Source: Octopus sinensis
Lineage: Eukaryota
NCBI RefSeq assembly: GCF_006345805.1
Contig: NC_043016.1
Coordinates: 16,430,001 to 16,494,000 of the forward strand
DNA: 64,000 nucleotides
Direction of reading: 5' to 3'
Each line of letters starts with the position of its first letter. Position 1 is the stretch's first letter. The position numbers and the translations under genes are program-made. Shown here piece by piece: positions 40,649 through 57,364 of this stretch. The notes below the pieces were generated by a model that saw only the letters and a list, made by a program, of their open reading frames with translations, made no database searches and was not told where the DNA came from.

Positions 40649-40876
40649 GAGGCGCAATGGCCTAGTGGTTAGGGCAGCGGGCGTTGTGAGTGTTTATTGA
40701 GCGAAAACCTAAAAGCTCCACGAGGCTCCGGCAGGGGATGGTGATCCCTGCTGTACTCTTTCACCACTCTTTCTTCTGTTGGCCTGCTCGCTTAGCCAGC
40801 GGGTGGCGTCATTCGAAGGCTAAAACAATGCGAACGCATTGTGACCAGCGATGTGTCGGTCACGTGATCACGTGAG

Positions 40877-40918
<42 letters not shown>

Positions 40919-41049
40919 CGTATGTACATATATGTATGTATATATGACTATACATATATATATTATTTATGTTATTATTTGATTGAACGCCACGCATCCA
41001 TTTCCATGTTACGGCGACATAAACACGCCAGCATCGGTTGTCAACTCGG

Positions 41050-41180
41050 GATTTGCGGTTGCTTCCGGACAATTAATGAGGCACACATTTTCCAAAAGAG
41101 TTTTACATTGATGGGATTAAAAAGCTTGTAAATAGATGGAAGGACGTCATAGATAATCAGGGAAAGTACATTGATGATTA
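41050..41180 (+). mobile_element. Mariner C-terminal fragment
   Basis: FPKEFYIDGIKKLVNRWKDVIDNQGKYIDD*. Confidence 0.75.
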
Positions 41181-41529
41181 AATTTCTATTAAATATAACG
41201 AGATGTAGCACGGATTTTTGTCAGTGAACAGGTCGCGGTCTTAGAGCGACGAAAAAGTTTTGACAAAATAAACTTAAATGTTGAAGGGAATCGAACGGCT
41301 TCTGTGTGTTTCTTAAATGGCTTACAAACACCTTCTACGCTGCAATTGTTTTCGTTTCAGCACACGATCTCAGATCAAATCACTTGCTATGCAAGTACAT
41401 CTCAGTAATTTGATCACTTGTTTTCTTTATTCAAAATTCGGAAAGAACTTATGGGATGACCTGATATATTCCGAACGGCTGGAGCGGATTTAAGCAATTC
41501 TGCGGCAAAAATAGCCGGAATTGGTTAAC

Positions 41530-42845
41530 ACAGAGCGATCGCTCCCGCAGCAAGACTACGCAAGACTTCCTATCGCTCGAATGACTCGGAATAATCTCCA
41601 GGAGTTTGAAGGAATAAAGCTAATGCCAAGTCCAGCATATAGTCAAGTTCTAGTTCTCTTGGATTATTATTTGTTCTGTCCATAGCTTACTTCTTGCGCT
41701 TGCAACACTTCATCAACCAAGAGGACATGGACGCTTCAGTGAAGGAGTTTTTGCTACATAGAACGCGTGTGAGGTCAGCGTGGGATCAAGGAACAGGTAG
41801 GAAGGTGGCTTTAGACGGCGCAACGCGATGCCCTCTACTTTGAACTCTAGGCTGTTGATCCATGACTCAATCCTGTATTCACAATGCTCAATCGACCGAG
41901 AGCGGGGTGGAAGTTTTAGTGAAAGAATTCTTTGCCTCAAAAGACGAGAACAGATCTCAGCGTTCAGATAAAATATCTGACAGGAAGGTGAGTTCAGACA
42001 GCGCAACATATGGTCTGTTGATCGATGGCTTACTTCATCTGTTAGCAACACTTTATAAACCAAGACAAGATGTGAGATTTAGCCACGGGGTTCTTGACCT
42101 CCAAAGAAAAGAACTGGTATTAGCATGGGATCAAAGAAATGGCAGGAAGATGGCTTCAGATTGTGCAACACAAAGGCCTTTTGGTCCATGGCTCACTTCA
42201 TCTGTTCGCGACACTTAATCAACCAAAAAGTGATGGAAGTTTTAGTGAAGGATTCTTCACCTCAAAAAACGAGAACTAGTATCAGTGTAGGATCAAAGAA
42301 CTAGAAAAAAGGTGGTTTCGGACAGTGCAACAAGATGACCTTCTGATCCATGGCTCACTTCATCTGTTCGCGACACTTTATCAACCAAGAAGAGGTAGAG
42401 GTTTTAGGTAGGGCATTCTTCGCCTTAAAACACAAGAAGGGATAGCGTGGGATCAAAGAAAGATGGCTTCGGACAGTGTAACACAATGGCCTTTTGGTCC
42501 ATGGCTCACTTCATCTGTTTGTGACACTTTATCAACCAAGAAGAGGTGGAGGTTTTATGTAGGGCATTCTTCGCCTTAAAACACAAGAAGTGATAGCGTA
42601 GGATCAAAGAAAGATGGCTTCAGCCAGTGAAACATAATGGCCTTTTGATCTATGCCTCACTTCATCTATTTGCAACACTTTATCAACCAGAAGGACGTGA
42701 GAAGTTTTAGTGTAGAAGTTCTTAACCTCAAAAGTCAAGAACTGGCAACAGCAAAGGGTCAAAGAACTGGTAGAAAGATGGCTTCAGACAGTGCAATATG
42801 GTGGTTTCTGCTTTAAATACTAGGCAATTGATCCATGGCTTAAAA
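41530..42845 (+). repeat. Mariner remnant followed by a tandem array of its 3' end (units of about 150-180 bp)
   Basis: A decayed HDNARPH/YSPDL-like region, then about 7 units starting ccatggctcacttc. Confidence 0.8.
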
Positions 42846-42851
42846 TGTCTA

Positions 42852-43882
42852 CCGTAAATCCTAGAGTATAGTCCGCCCTTGAGTATAATACGCAGGGGAT
42901 TGTTAGTGGGCTGCAACTCTGAAAAACCAAAACCTTGTGTATAATACGTACCCCTTCTCTACCTTGAGTCAAGGAGGTCTATATAACGTCCTTGGTTTGT
43001 AAAAATGTATACTGTAACGTCCTTTATTAATCTTTGTATATATAACATAATACAAACGTGTAGCTTTTTTGTACATTTTGTTTGCAGAAAATAAAGAAAT
43101 AACAGTAATAACGTTTAATAAATGTTGCTTACTGTAAGTTATAGATGATTCTTTTATGACTTCATTGCTTTCAGGCTTAGCTTAAGATATTTTCACGCCC
43201 GACATCACAAAATGCGTTTGAATAAACATTGCCAGACAGCAAATAGAGACTCGGACATTACTTAGAAAATAATTTTCATTTTTAACCTCGTATATAATAC
43301 GCACTAGGGATTTTGACCTTTAAATTTTTGTGGGGGAAATGCGGATTATATTCGAGGATTTACGTAAATCTTCAAGTATAGTCCGCCCTTGAGTATAATA
43401 TGCAGGGGACTTTTAGGGCGCTGAACTTCTGAAAAACCTAAACCTTGTGTATAATACGCACCCCTTCTCTAACTTGAGTTGTGCGTAATTAAGCCAGCAG
43501 CATCAAGTCGAACAAACACTTCCGCGCATGCGTAATACAATAATAGTGATGTTCTTAACTGTTATATGGGAATGTAAATATGTTTGCAAATTGTTTTTTT
43601 ACATGTTATTCTGTGTTCTGAATACTTTCATTTTAATAAATGTTGCTTACTGCAAGTTATGGACGATTCTTTTATGACTTCATTGCTTTCAGGCTTAGCT
43701 AAAGGTATTTTCGTGCCCTGCATCACAAAATGTGTCTGAATAAACATTGCCAGATAGCAAATAAAGACTCGGACATTGCTTAGAAAATATTTTTCATTTT
43801 TAACCTTGTATATAGTACACACTTAGGGTTTTGACCTTTAAATTTTGGGGAAAAAGTGCGGATTATACTCGAGGATTTACGG
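42852..43882. mobile_element. Tandem dimer of the same MITE
   Basis: Two units of about 510 bp fused at GATTTACGTAAATC (about 43357-43370). Confidence 0.85.
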
Positions 43883-43894
43883 TAGTTATAGTAA

Positions 43895-44180
43895 AGTCGC
43901 ATGGCTCAGTGGTTAGAGCGTCTGGCTGACGCTCATGAGGTAGTGAGTTCGATTCCCGGGTCGGGCTGTGTGTTGTGCTCTTGAGCAATACATTTTATTT
44001 CACTTTATTGCTCCAGTTTACTCAGCTACAGAAAAAAGTTACTACGTGCCAAGGAGAGGAGAGGCTGGTATGTATGAGCGAATGCTGGTCTTCCATAAAC
44101 AACCTTGCCCGGACTTGTGCCTCGGAGGGAAACCTTTCTAAGTACAACCCCATGGTCATTCATGACCGAAGGGTTTCTTC
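43895..44180 (+). mobile_element. tRNA-derived SINE (further family)
   Basis: gcatggctcagtggttagagcg...gagttcgattccc A/B boxes. A related head lies at about 56200-56250 (-), and another tRNA-like head at about 40647. Confidence 0.65.
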
Positions 44181-44196
44181 ACCCTTTATATATATA

Positions 44197-44717
44197 TTGG
44201 GTTGTCCGGAAAGTTTGTGCCGATTTTTAAAGGAAAGAAAAAGGTCAATAAATACTTGCCGTTACATTTTTAAGCAACCAAATATGAACCATTTTGTTGC
44301 ACAATGTGCCTCCATCTTTCCTTTAACTTGAAAATACCCTCTTCCCAGAATTGAGGTGGTGTCATAGCAAATAATTCCTCAAGGTATTGTTTTACGTCAT
44401 CCAAGGAATTGAAATTTTTACCATTAAGACTATTCTACAGAGACCTGAATAAGTGGAAATCCGAAGGAGCAATATCTGGTGAATATGGAGGGTGGGGTAA
44501 CACCTCCCAGCCGAGCTGCAGCAATTTTTGTCTGGTTCCCAAAGCATCAAGTGCCGAAAATGAACTTTCTTATTTTCCATTTTAAAGGGTTACAGAATTA
44601 ACACAGGTTATAGGAACATAAACCTTATTCCACGAAAAGATAGCTTAAACTGTGCTCTAAATGGAGGTGTAGTAAAATCCTATTTTATGGATTCCACGAA
44701 CTTTCCGGACAACCCAA
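44197..44717 (-). mobile_element. Internally deleted mariner with both TIRs
   Basis: TA|TTGGGTTGTCCGGAAAGTT...AACTTTCCGGACAACCCAA|TA. The N-terminus [13 protein letters not shown] is fused to a [14 protein letters not shown]-terminal remnant. Confidence 0.9.
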
Positions 44718-44863
44718 TACATATATTAGGGTTATATTATATCGAGTTTTACATTTCCCTTGGATAAATCGGTGGCATGGAGAGGTGAGGCTGGTAAGCA
44801 TGGGCGACGTCGTATTTCTGTTATCGTACGATGGTTGATAACATTACGCGGTCTGTCCAGTGT

Positions 44864-44910
44864 CTGTAACTGAAGAGGAGATAAGTACTCCGAAATGTTG
44901 CATCTCACAG
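44864..44910 (+). ncRNA. Minimal type I hammerhead-like motif
   Basis: ctgtaa-CTGAAGA-ggag ataagta ctcc-GAAA-tgttgc-ATC-tcacag; AUC site. Confidence 0.62.
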
Positions 44911-45594
44911 TCTGGAAAAGGGCGAGGCGAACTGATTAAGGTGTATTCATACCATTGTCAAAAGAGAAAAATTTTCTTCGTGACAAAACATTCCGAGTTC
45001 GAATCAGCCACAAGCATATTTGAACATATCATTTATACATTCACTGTTTAGCTTTGTGAGTGGATTTAGTGGGAGGAAACTGAAAGAAGCCCGTTGTGTG
45101 GGGGGTGGGTGTCTGTGTGTGTGTACTTGTGTCTGTGGTCGATCCCCCACAACCACCGCCACCACCATTGCTTGATAACCAGTGGTACTGTGCTTACGTC
45201 GGCCAAAAAGAGACCGATAGAATAAGTATACGGGGATTGATACATTCGAATAAAAATCCTTCAAGTTGGTGCTCCAGTTGGCTGCAGTCAAATAACTGAA
45301 ACAAGATATTTAAAAAAAGAAACAGGTTTTCAGAGTTATTTAATTAATTACAAAATAACCATAATTAAGTATGAACACTTACAAGCTGAGAGTATTAATT
45401 ATTGTATTAAATAAATTTTTAATTAAATTATTAAGGTTTTTTTTTATATTAAAAGTACTTACCAGTGTCAGCGATTGCCTAGAAAAAGAAAAAAAATAGA
45501 GGTTATAAGATGATGAATTATAATAAACACACACATATATATACATATATAAAACTTAGATAAAACACACACACACACATACACATAAATACTC

Positions 45595-45815
45595 TTTGTA
45601 CTCTTACTATTTTACTCTTTTAATTGTTTCAGTCATTTGACAGTGGCCATGCTGGAGCACCGCCTTTATTCGAGCAAATTGACCCCATGACTTATTCTTT
45701 GTAAGCCTAGTACTTACGGGGACGTAAACAAACCAGCATCGGTTGTCAAGCGATGTTGGGGGAACAAACACAGACGCCATAAACATATACACACACACAC
45801 ACACACACACCACAT

Positions 45816-45851
<36 letters not shown>

Positions 45852-46030
45852 ATATATATTATATCATATATACGACGGGCTTCTTTCAGTTTCCGTCTAC
45901 CAAATCCACTCACAAGGCTTTGGTCGGCCCGAGGCTATAGTAGATGACACATGCCCAAGGTGCCACGCAGTGGGACTGAACCCAGAACCATGTGGTTCGT
46001 AAGCAAGCTACTTACCACACGCCTATATAC
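45595..46030 (-). mobile_element. Family A SINE
   Basis: Head, tail and internal (CA)n(TA)n. Confidence 0.85.
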
Positions 46031-46716
46031 GCACACACATACGCACGCACAAAAAAGATCATACGTACGTCTATACATAAGAAAAATCAGGGTTAAAGGC
46101 AAAAATACAGGAAAATGTGTAAAAACACTGAGTAAAACATGTCTATATACCACATACTCGCATGCACGCACACACGCACACATTTATATACGCACATATC
46201 CGCACACGCGCACGCATACACACACGCGCTCACATATGTGCGTATATAGACAAGTGCGGGTATGTGCGTATATAGGGGTGTGTGTGTGAGTGCATACGGA
46301 TATGCGTGTATATAGACACGGTTTACTCTTTGTACACTCCCTTAGATGTATGTATACTTTTAGGCGCAGGTACGTGGGTGTGTGGGCGTGCATGTGTAGG
46401 TATGAACATGCGCGCTTATGCGAATACTATGAACATTTTTCCACCCTTACTTTTAACCCACTTCCCTCATTTAGCGGTCATTCAAATAGCTCTTTTGACT
46501 TAATAACGGTCAATCACACAGTAATTTCCCTTTGTTTAACGGTCATTTTCATAGCATTTTTTTCGATGGCCCGATAACTGAAGATGTAGCAGGCGTGGAT
46601 TTCCACCTCGGCATCTGAAACTCGGAGTTTTATCATGGCTACCGAATAATTGTCACATATTATATTTACAGATATATATATATATATATATATATATTCT
46701 TTAGCCCTTAATTATA

Positions 46717-46756
<40 letters not shown>

Positions 46757-46851
46757 TATATATATATCTATTTATATATATATATATATATATACCTACA
46801 TATATACATGTATACATAGATAGATAATAATAGATAGACAGATAGATAGAC

Positions 46852-46909
<58 letters not shown>

Positions 46910-47049
46910 GATAGATAGATAGATATGTGTGTATATATAATATATATATTATATATATATATGTAGTTAGATGTATATATGTGTGGGTGTATATATTGAT
47001 TGCGCATATATATATAAATATATGCATATATATATATATATTTGTATTT

Positions 47050-47130
<81 letters not shown>

Positions 47131-47613
47131 ATATATATAACAATCAATCAACGTCGCCCTTTTCAAGCCTAGCCCAGGTCTCATGCACCCGGGTTCCCGG
47201 TTTCCAGTACGTGATCCCCAGCTGGACGGGACGCCAGTCCATCGCAGCGTACCTCATTTTTGCCAGCTGAGTGGACTGGAGCAACGTGAAATGAAGTGTT
47301 TTGCTCAAGAACACAACGCATCGCCCGGTGCAGGAATCGAAACCACAAACTTACGATCACGATGCTGACACCCTAACCACTAAGCCATGCGCCTCCACAC
47401 ACACACACACACACACACTAACACACATATATATATATTTCCTCCGGCTTCCCTTCTTTGGATCTTTCCTTTTTCTATATTTCTGCTGAAGAGCTCCACT
47501 CGAAACGTTAAGTCCTCCTGCTTTCTTTCCTTTCCTGATCGTCCAATAACACTATACTTGTTCCACGTCCTCCCGTTGTTTAGTTTTCTTTTTATGTTTT
47601 CATGTTTGGATTA

Positions 47614-47658
<45 letters not shown>

Positions 47659-47748
47659 GGAAAACTTTGCTAATACAAATCATAAAGTTCGCAGCTAATT
47701 TACATCTATATCCATTTATCTATTCTATATCCATCTATCTATCTATCT

Positions 47749-49130
47749 GGAGCACATCCAAATACTACATATCTCACGAAGTCTACACACACCCTAAGGC
47801 ATTCCCCAGTGCGGTTGCTAAATGCCAAAAATACCTTACAAAGAACCTCTATTGTATCTCGTCGACGACGACACAGCCAGGAGGAGAAGCAACACTTTCG
47901 AGCAGTAAGTAATCCTCTGTTCCTTTCGTTTATATTTTAATTCATTAGGATTATGATCAATATTGTTTGTGTGGATGCGCGTGGCTTGGGGATCCCCTTG
48001 GAAACAAGGGTACCTCTTAAATGACATCAAGTCACACAAGTTAGAAATCATAGCCATAAGTGAGACCAGACTCCATAATCCACGAGCTCTAAAGTCCATG
48101 TTTGGCGGACAGTTTAACATTTATTTTTCTCCCTGTCTGCCGAGAATGGGTGGTAGTGGCACGGCGGTACTTTTTCGCAAGGGTCTAGATCTCGAAGTAA
48201 AGACAATATTCGTAGAGCCGGGGGGGGGGTAGACTGGTCGTCTTAGATGTCGACGGTAGCAAGGGTGCGCTTTTCGACACGTATCAGTCTACGCACCGCC
48301 TTTAACAGATCGGCTGAATATCTTTCGATGTCTAGAAATATTCTTTGGAACGTCTCGTCCTTTACTTTTAGTGGGGGATTGGAATGCTATCTTGGACACA
48401 CATGTAGACTACGCGGACAGAGATAGGAATAGATGGGGATGCAAATGCCTCAGAGACCTGCTCAGACGCTTTCAACTGTCTAACAGGTACCGACTCGACC
48501 ACCCGAATGCGCCAACGTAGACATGGAGCAACCGTATCGGGTCGTCGAGATCGTATCTAGATAGGATAGTGTGCGGGACAGTTGATAGAGATAGCGTAGG
48601 TTATCCACAATTCCACAGTCAGCTACACGGATCACAAACTTGTGACGTGTATGCTAGACTTAGGTAAGACACATAGGCAGGGTCCCGGTTACTTGAAACT
48701 AAACGCGTCTTTCCCATCGAGACAAGTTTTCAGAGACCGGATTAGCACGCAAGTAAAGAGGGTTCTTTGACGGGAGCCATCATCAACAACAAATGGTGGT
48801 TTACCCTCAAGAGAGCAATAAAAGCAGAAGCAATTAGGTATAGCAAGGTACTAGCCATAGATAGAAACAGAGTAGAGGGTGAGCTAGTTAAGAAGCTAGA
48901 AGAGGCGATTAGAAGCGGCATCGCATCCGACGTTTTGGCGGCGAGGTTTGCCCTCGACCAACACTTCAACGCCAAACACGAAGAGTGTTGTCAGAGCTAG
49001 GATGCGTGCTCTAAGGAACGAAGGTGTTGGAGCCGCGCGAGATGACCGGGTGGCGGAGGCGCAACAGGGCAACAAAGCCACCATTCGGCCTCTTGTAGGT
49101 GAACGGGGGTGCGAATTACTCGAGCCAAGT
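47749..49130 (+). mobile_element. Tx1-like LINE fragment (ORF1 end plus endonuclease)
   Basis: IAISETRLH...GDWNA...GPGY.KLNAS; preceded by (TCTA)n. Confidence 0.88.
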
Positions 49131-49139
49131 AATACGTAA

Positions 49140-49790
49140 CGATAGGAATGGGATTTGCTCACTCTATAGTGCAAGTCATGGAACACCATTGAAAGGACTA
49201 AGAAGAAAATAGGGAAGGCCAACTCTTGGTGTGATAGCCACAAATACCAGAGTGTCATGTTCGTTGCCACCACCCCTTGAGGCGAAGTGACGTACCACTT
49301 TAGAAGGGCCCTAGACAAACTTAAGCTATATATTAAGGTTTTTGAAAGGCCAGGCAACCCTATCAAATCCCTAATCGGTAGAACCTACCCTTTTAGTAGA
49401 ACCCCCCTGTACTGATAGGAACTGTACTGTGTGTAGATTTAGCCCACAAACAAACTGTAAAGCCAGAAATGTAGTCTATAGTATAAGATGTATAGAGGGA
49501 CGATGCAGTAACAAGACAACGACGTACATTAGGGAAACGGCACGGAGCATAGGAGAGTGGATAAATGAGCATTGGAGGGAACTTAAGGAAGAGACGAGCT
49601 CATCGCTTCTGTACCAACACGCCGAGCAGGAACACAGGGCTCACTCAACAAAATAGAAGTTAAAATTTTGTCCACACAGAACAGACGCAATGTTAGACAA
49701 ATTACAGAAGCTACACACATAATAGAAGATAAACTAACCTCAATAGGAAACTGGAATGGAACACTAGCACACGCACCCAACACACCACAA
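49140..49790 (+). mobile_element. Penelope-like GIY-YIG fragment
   Basis: TNCKARNVVYSIRC...TYIRETARSIGEWINEH...LYQHAEQEH. Confidence 0.75.
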
Positions 49791-49793
49791 CAT

Positions 49794-49893
49794 NNNNNNN
49801 NNNNNNNNNNNNNNNNNNNNNNNNNNNNNNNNNNNNNNNNNNNNNNNNNNNNNNNNNNNNNNNNNNNNNNNNNNNNNNNNNNNNNNNNNNNNN
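49794..49893. other. Assembly gap (100 N)
   Basis: Run of N. Confidence 0.99.
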
Positions 49894-50472
49894 AGACCGA
49901 ATGGTGGATTTGTTGCCCCCTGCGCGCCTCCGCCACCCGGGCCTCCCTCGCGGCTCCAACACCTTCCATCCTTAGAGCACGCATCCTAGCCCTGACAGCA
50001 CACCCTTCGTGTTTGGCGTTGAAGTGGTTGGTCAAGGGCCAACCTCGCCGCTAAAACGTCGGATGTGATGCCGCTTCTTATTGCCTCTTCTAACTTCTTA
50101 ACTAACTCACCCTCCACTCTATTTCTATCTTCGGCTAGTGCCTTGCTATATCTAATTGCTTCCGCTTTTACTGCTCTCTTGAGGGCGAACCACCATTTGT
50201 TGTTGACAATGGCTCCCGTTAAAGCCCTTTTTACTAACGTGTTGATTACGTCTCTGAAAACCTGTCTGGACGGGAAAGATGCGTTCAGTTTCCAGTAACC
50301 AGGACCCTGTCTATGTGCCTTATCTAAGTCTAGCGTATACGTCACAAACTTGTGATCCGTGTAGCTGACTGTGTGGAATTGTGGACATCCTAAGTTATCC
50401 CTGTCTACTGTCCTACACAGTATCCTATCTAGATACGATCTCGACGACCCACTGCGGTTGCTCCATGTCCAC
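49894..50472 (-). mobile_element. 5'-truncated copy of the same Tx1-like LINE
   Basis: [17 protein letters not shown]...GPGYWKLNAS; starts directly after (TCTA)n and is cut by the gap. Confidence 0.88.
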
Positions 50473-55467
<4,995 letters not shown>

Positions 55468-55819
55468 ATTTGCCGTTCTTCAGCATTTTATATACAGAAA
55501 TTGTTATGTCCGGTTACTCAGGAAATACTGTCTTTGAGGGTAACATCTCGTGATGCTGACTGACATTTGGAGAAGAAAACGTGTATGAAATATTATTAAA
55601 AGCGTAGAAATTCTTATCTCAGACGTTGCGAGGTCGATTTTACCTTTTGTCCTTTCGGGGTCGATGGCCTTTGTGTCAAAATTTGAAAGCAACATTATTA
55701 TTAAGGCGGTGAGCTAGCGAAATGATTAGCATGCCGTCGCCATATACATACGTATGTGTGTGTGTATGTGTGTGTGAGTGTGTATGTGCGCGCGCACACA
55801 CACACATACGTATATATAC

Positions 55820-55982
55820 ATAGGTGCAGGAGTGGCTGTGTGGTAAGTAGCTCGCTTACCAACCACATGATTCCATGTTCAGTCCCACTGTGTGACACCT
55901 TGGGCAAGTGTCTTCTACTATAGCCTCGAGCCGACCAAAGCCTTATGAGTGGATTTAGTAGACGGAAACTGAAACAAGCCCG

Positions 55983-56044
<62 letters not shown>

Positions 56045-56479
56045 TGTGTGTGTATGTGTTTGTGTGTCTGTGTTTGTTCCCCGAGTGACAACCGATGCTG
56101 GTGTGTTTATGTCCCTGTAACTTAGCGGTTCGGCAAAAGAAACCGATAGAATATGTACTAGGCTTACAAAGAATAAGTCCTGTAGTCGATTTGCTCAAAC
56201 TCACTACCTCATGATTGTTAGCCCAACGCTCTAACCATTGAGCCATGTGCTTTCACAATATCCGCTAGCGAATATAATGTCCAGCCCCAAATACCCTCAA
56301 TGCAGGAGGCGTAGGAGTGGCTGAGTGGTAAGTAGCTTGCTTACCACCACATGGTTCCGGGTTCAGTCCCACTGCGTGGCAATCTTGGCAAGTGTCTTCT
56401 ACTATAGCCTCGGGCCGACCAAAGCCTTTTGAGTGGATTTGGTAGACGGAAACTGAAAGAAGCCGTCGTATATGTTATA

Positions 56480-56540
<61 letters not shown>

Positions 56541-56695
56541 TGTGTGTGTGTTGTGTGTGTGTAGATGTTTCTGCGTCTGTGTTTGTACCCCCACCAAAGA
56601 ATAAGTCCTGGTGTCGATTTGCTCGACTAAAGGCGGTGCTCCAACATGGCCACAGTCAAATGACTGAAACAAGCAAAAGAGTAGAAAGAGAGTGA
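55820..56695 (+). mobile_element. Two family A SINE copies in tandem
   Basis: Heads at about 55825 and 56310, internal (GT)n, tail aagcaaaagagtagaaagag. Confidence 0.8.
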
Positions 56696-56999
56696 CCGTT
56701 GCGCACACCCTTAAGCAGTTACACGAAACACTTGAGTAGATACGAAGTGTTATAAACAAGGTGACCTAAATTGCTACGTTTTAGAAAAGCGGAACAGGGA
56801 AAGCCCTCTTTAAGAAAATATTTGGCCTAAATCTTCAGAGAGGAAGCACTTGAGGTAAAAATATTTGCTTACATAAGCAAGGTCGTTTGGAGGTGGCGGT
56901 AAAGTTTTAAGTGTTAAATATGTCGCCGTTTCCGGTTTCAGTCTTAGGCGAGCGTTCAGAATGAGAACGTTCGCTTGTGTATGTGTGTGTAAGCACATT

Positions 57000-57364
57000 T
57001 TACTCTTTACTCTTTTACTTGTTTCAGTCCTTTGACTGTGGCCATGCTGGAGCACCGCCTTTAGTCGAGCAAATCAACCCCAGGGCTTATCCTTTGTAAG
57101 CCTAGTACTTATTCTATCGGTATCTTTTGCCGAACCGCTAATTTACGGGGACATAAACACACCAGCATCTGTTGTCAAGCGATGTTGCGGGGACAAAGAC
57201 AGATACACATATACACACACATGCATACATATATACATATATATACGTCTACCAAATCCATTCACAAGGCTTTGGTCAGCCCGAGGCTATAGTAGAAGAC
57301 ACTTGACCAAGGTGCCACGCAGTGGGACTGAACCCTGAACCATGTGGTTGGTAAGCAAGCTACT
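57000..57364 (-). mobile_element. Family A SINE whose head is interrupted by a retroelement insertion
   Basis: The SINE sequence stops at ...GGTAAGCAAGCTACT (57364); the usual TACCACACAGCC continuation is absent. Confidence 0.85.
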
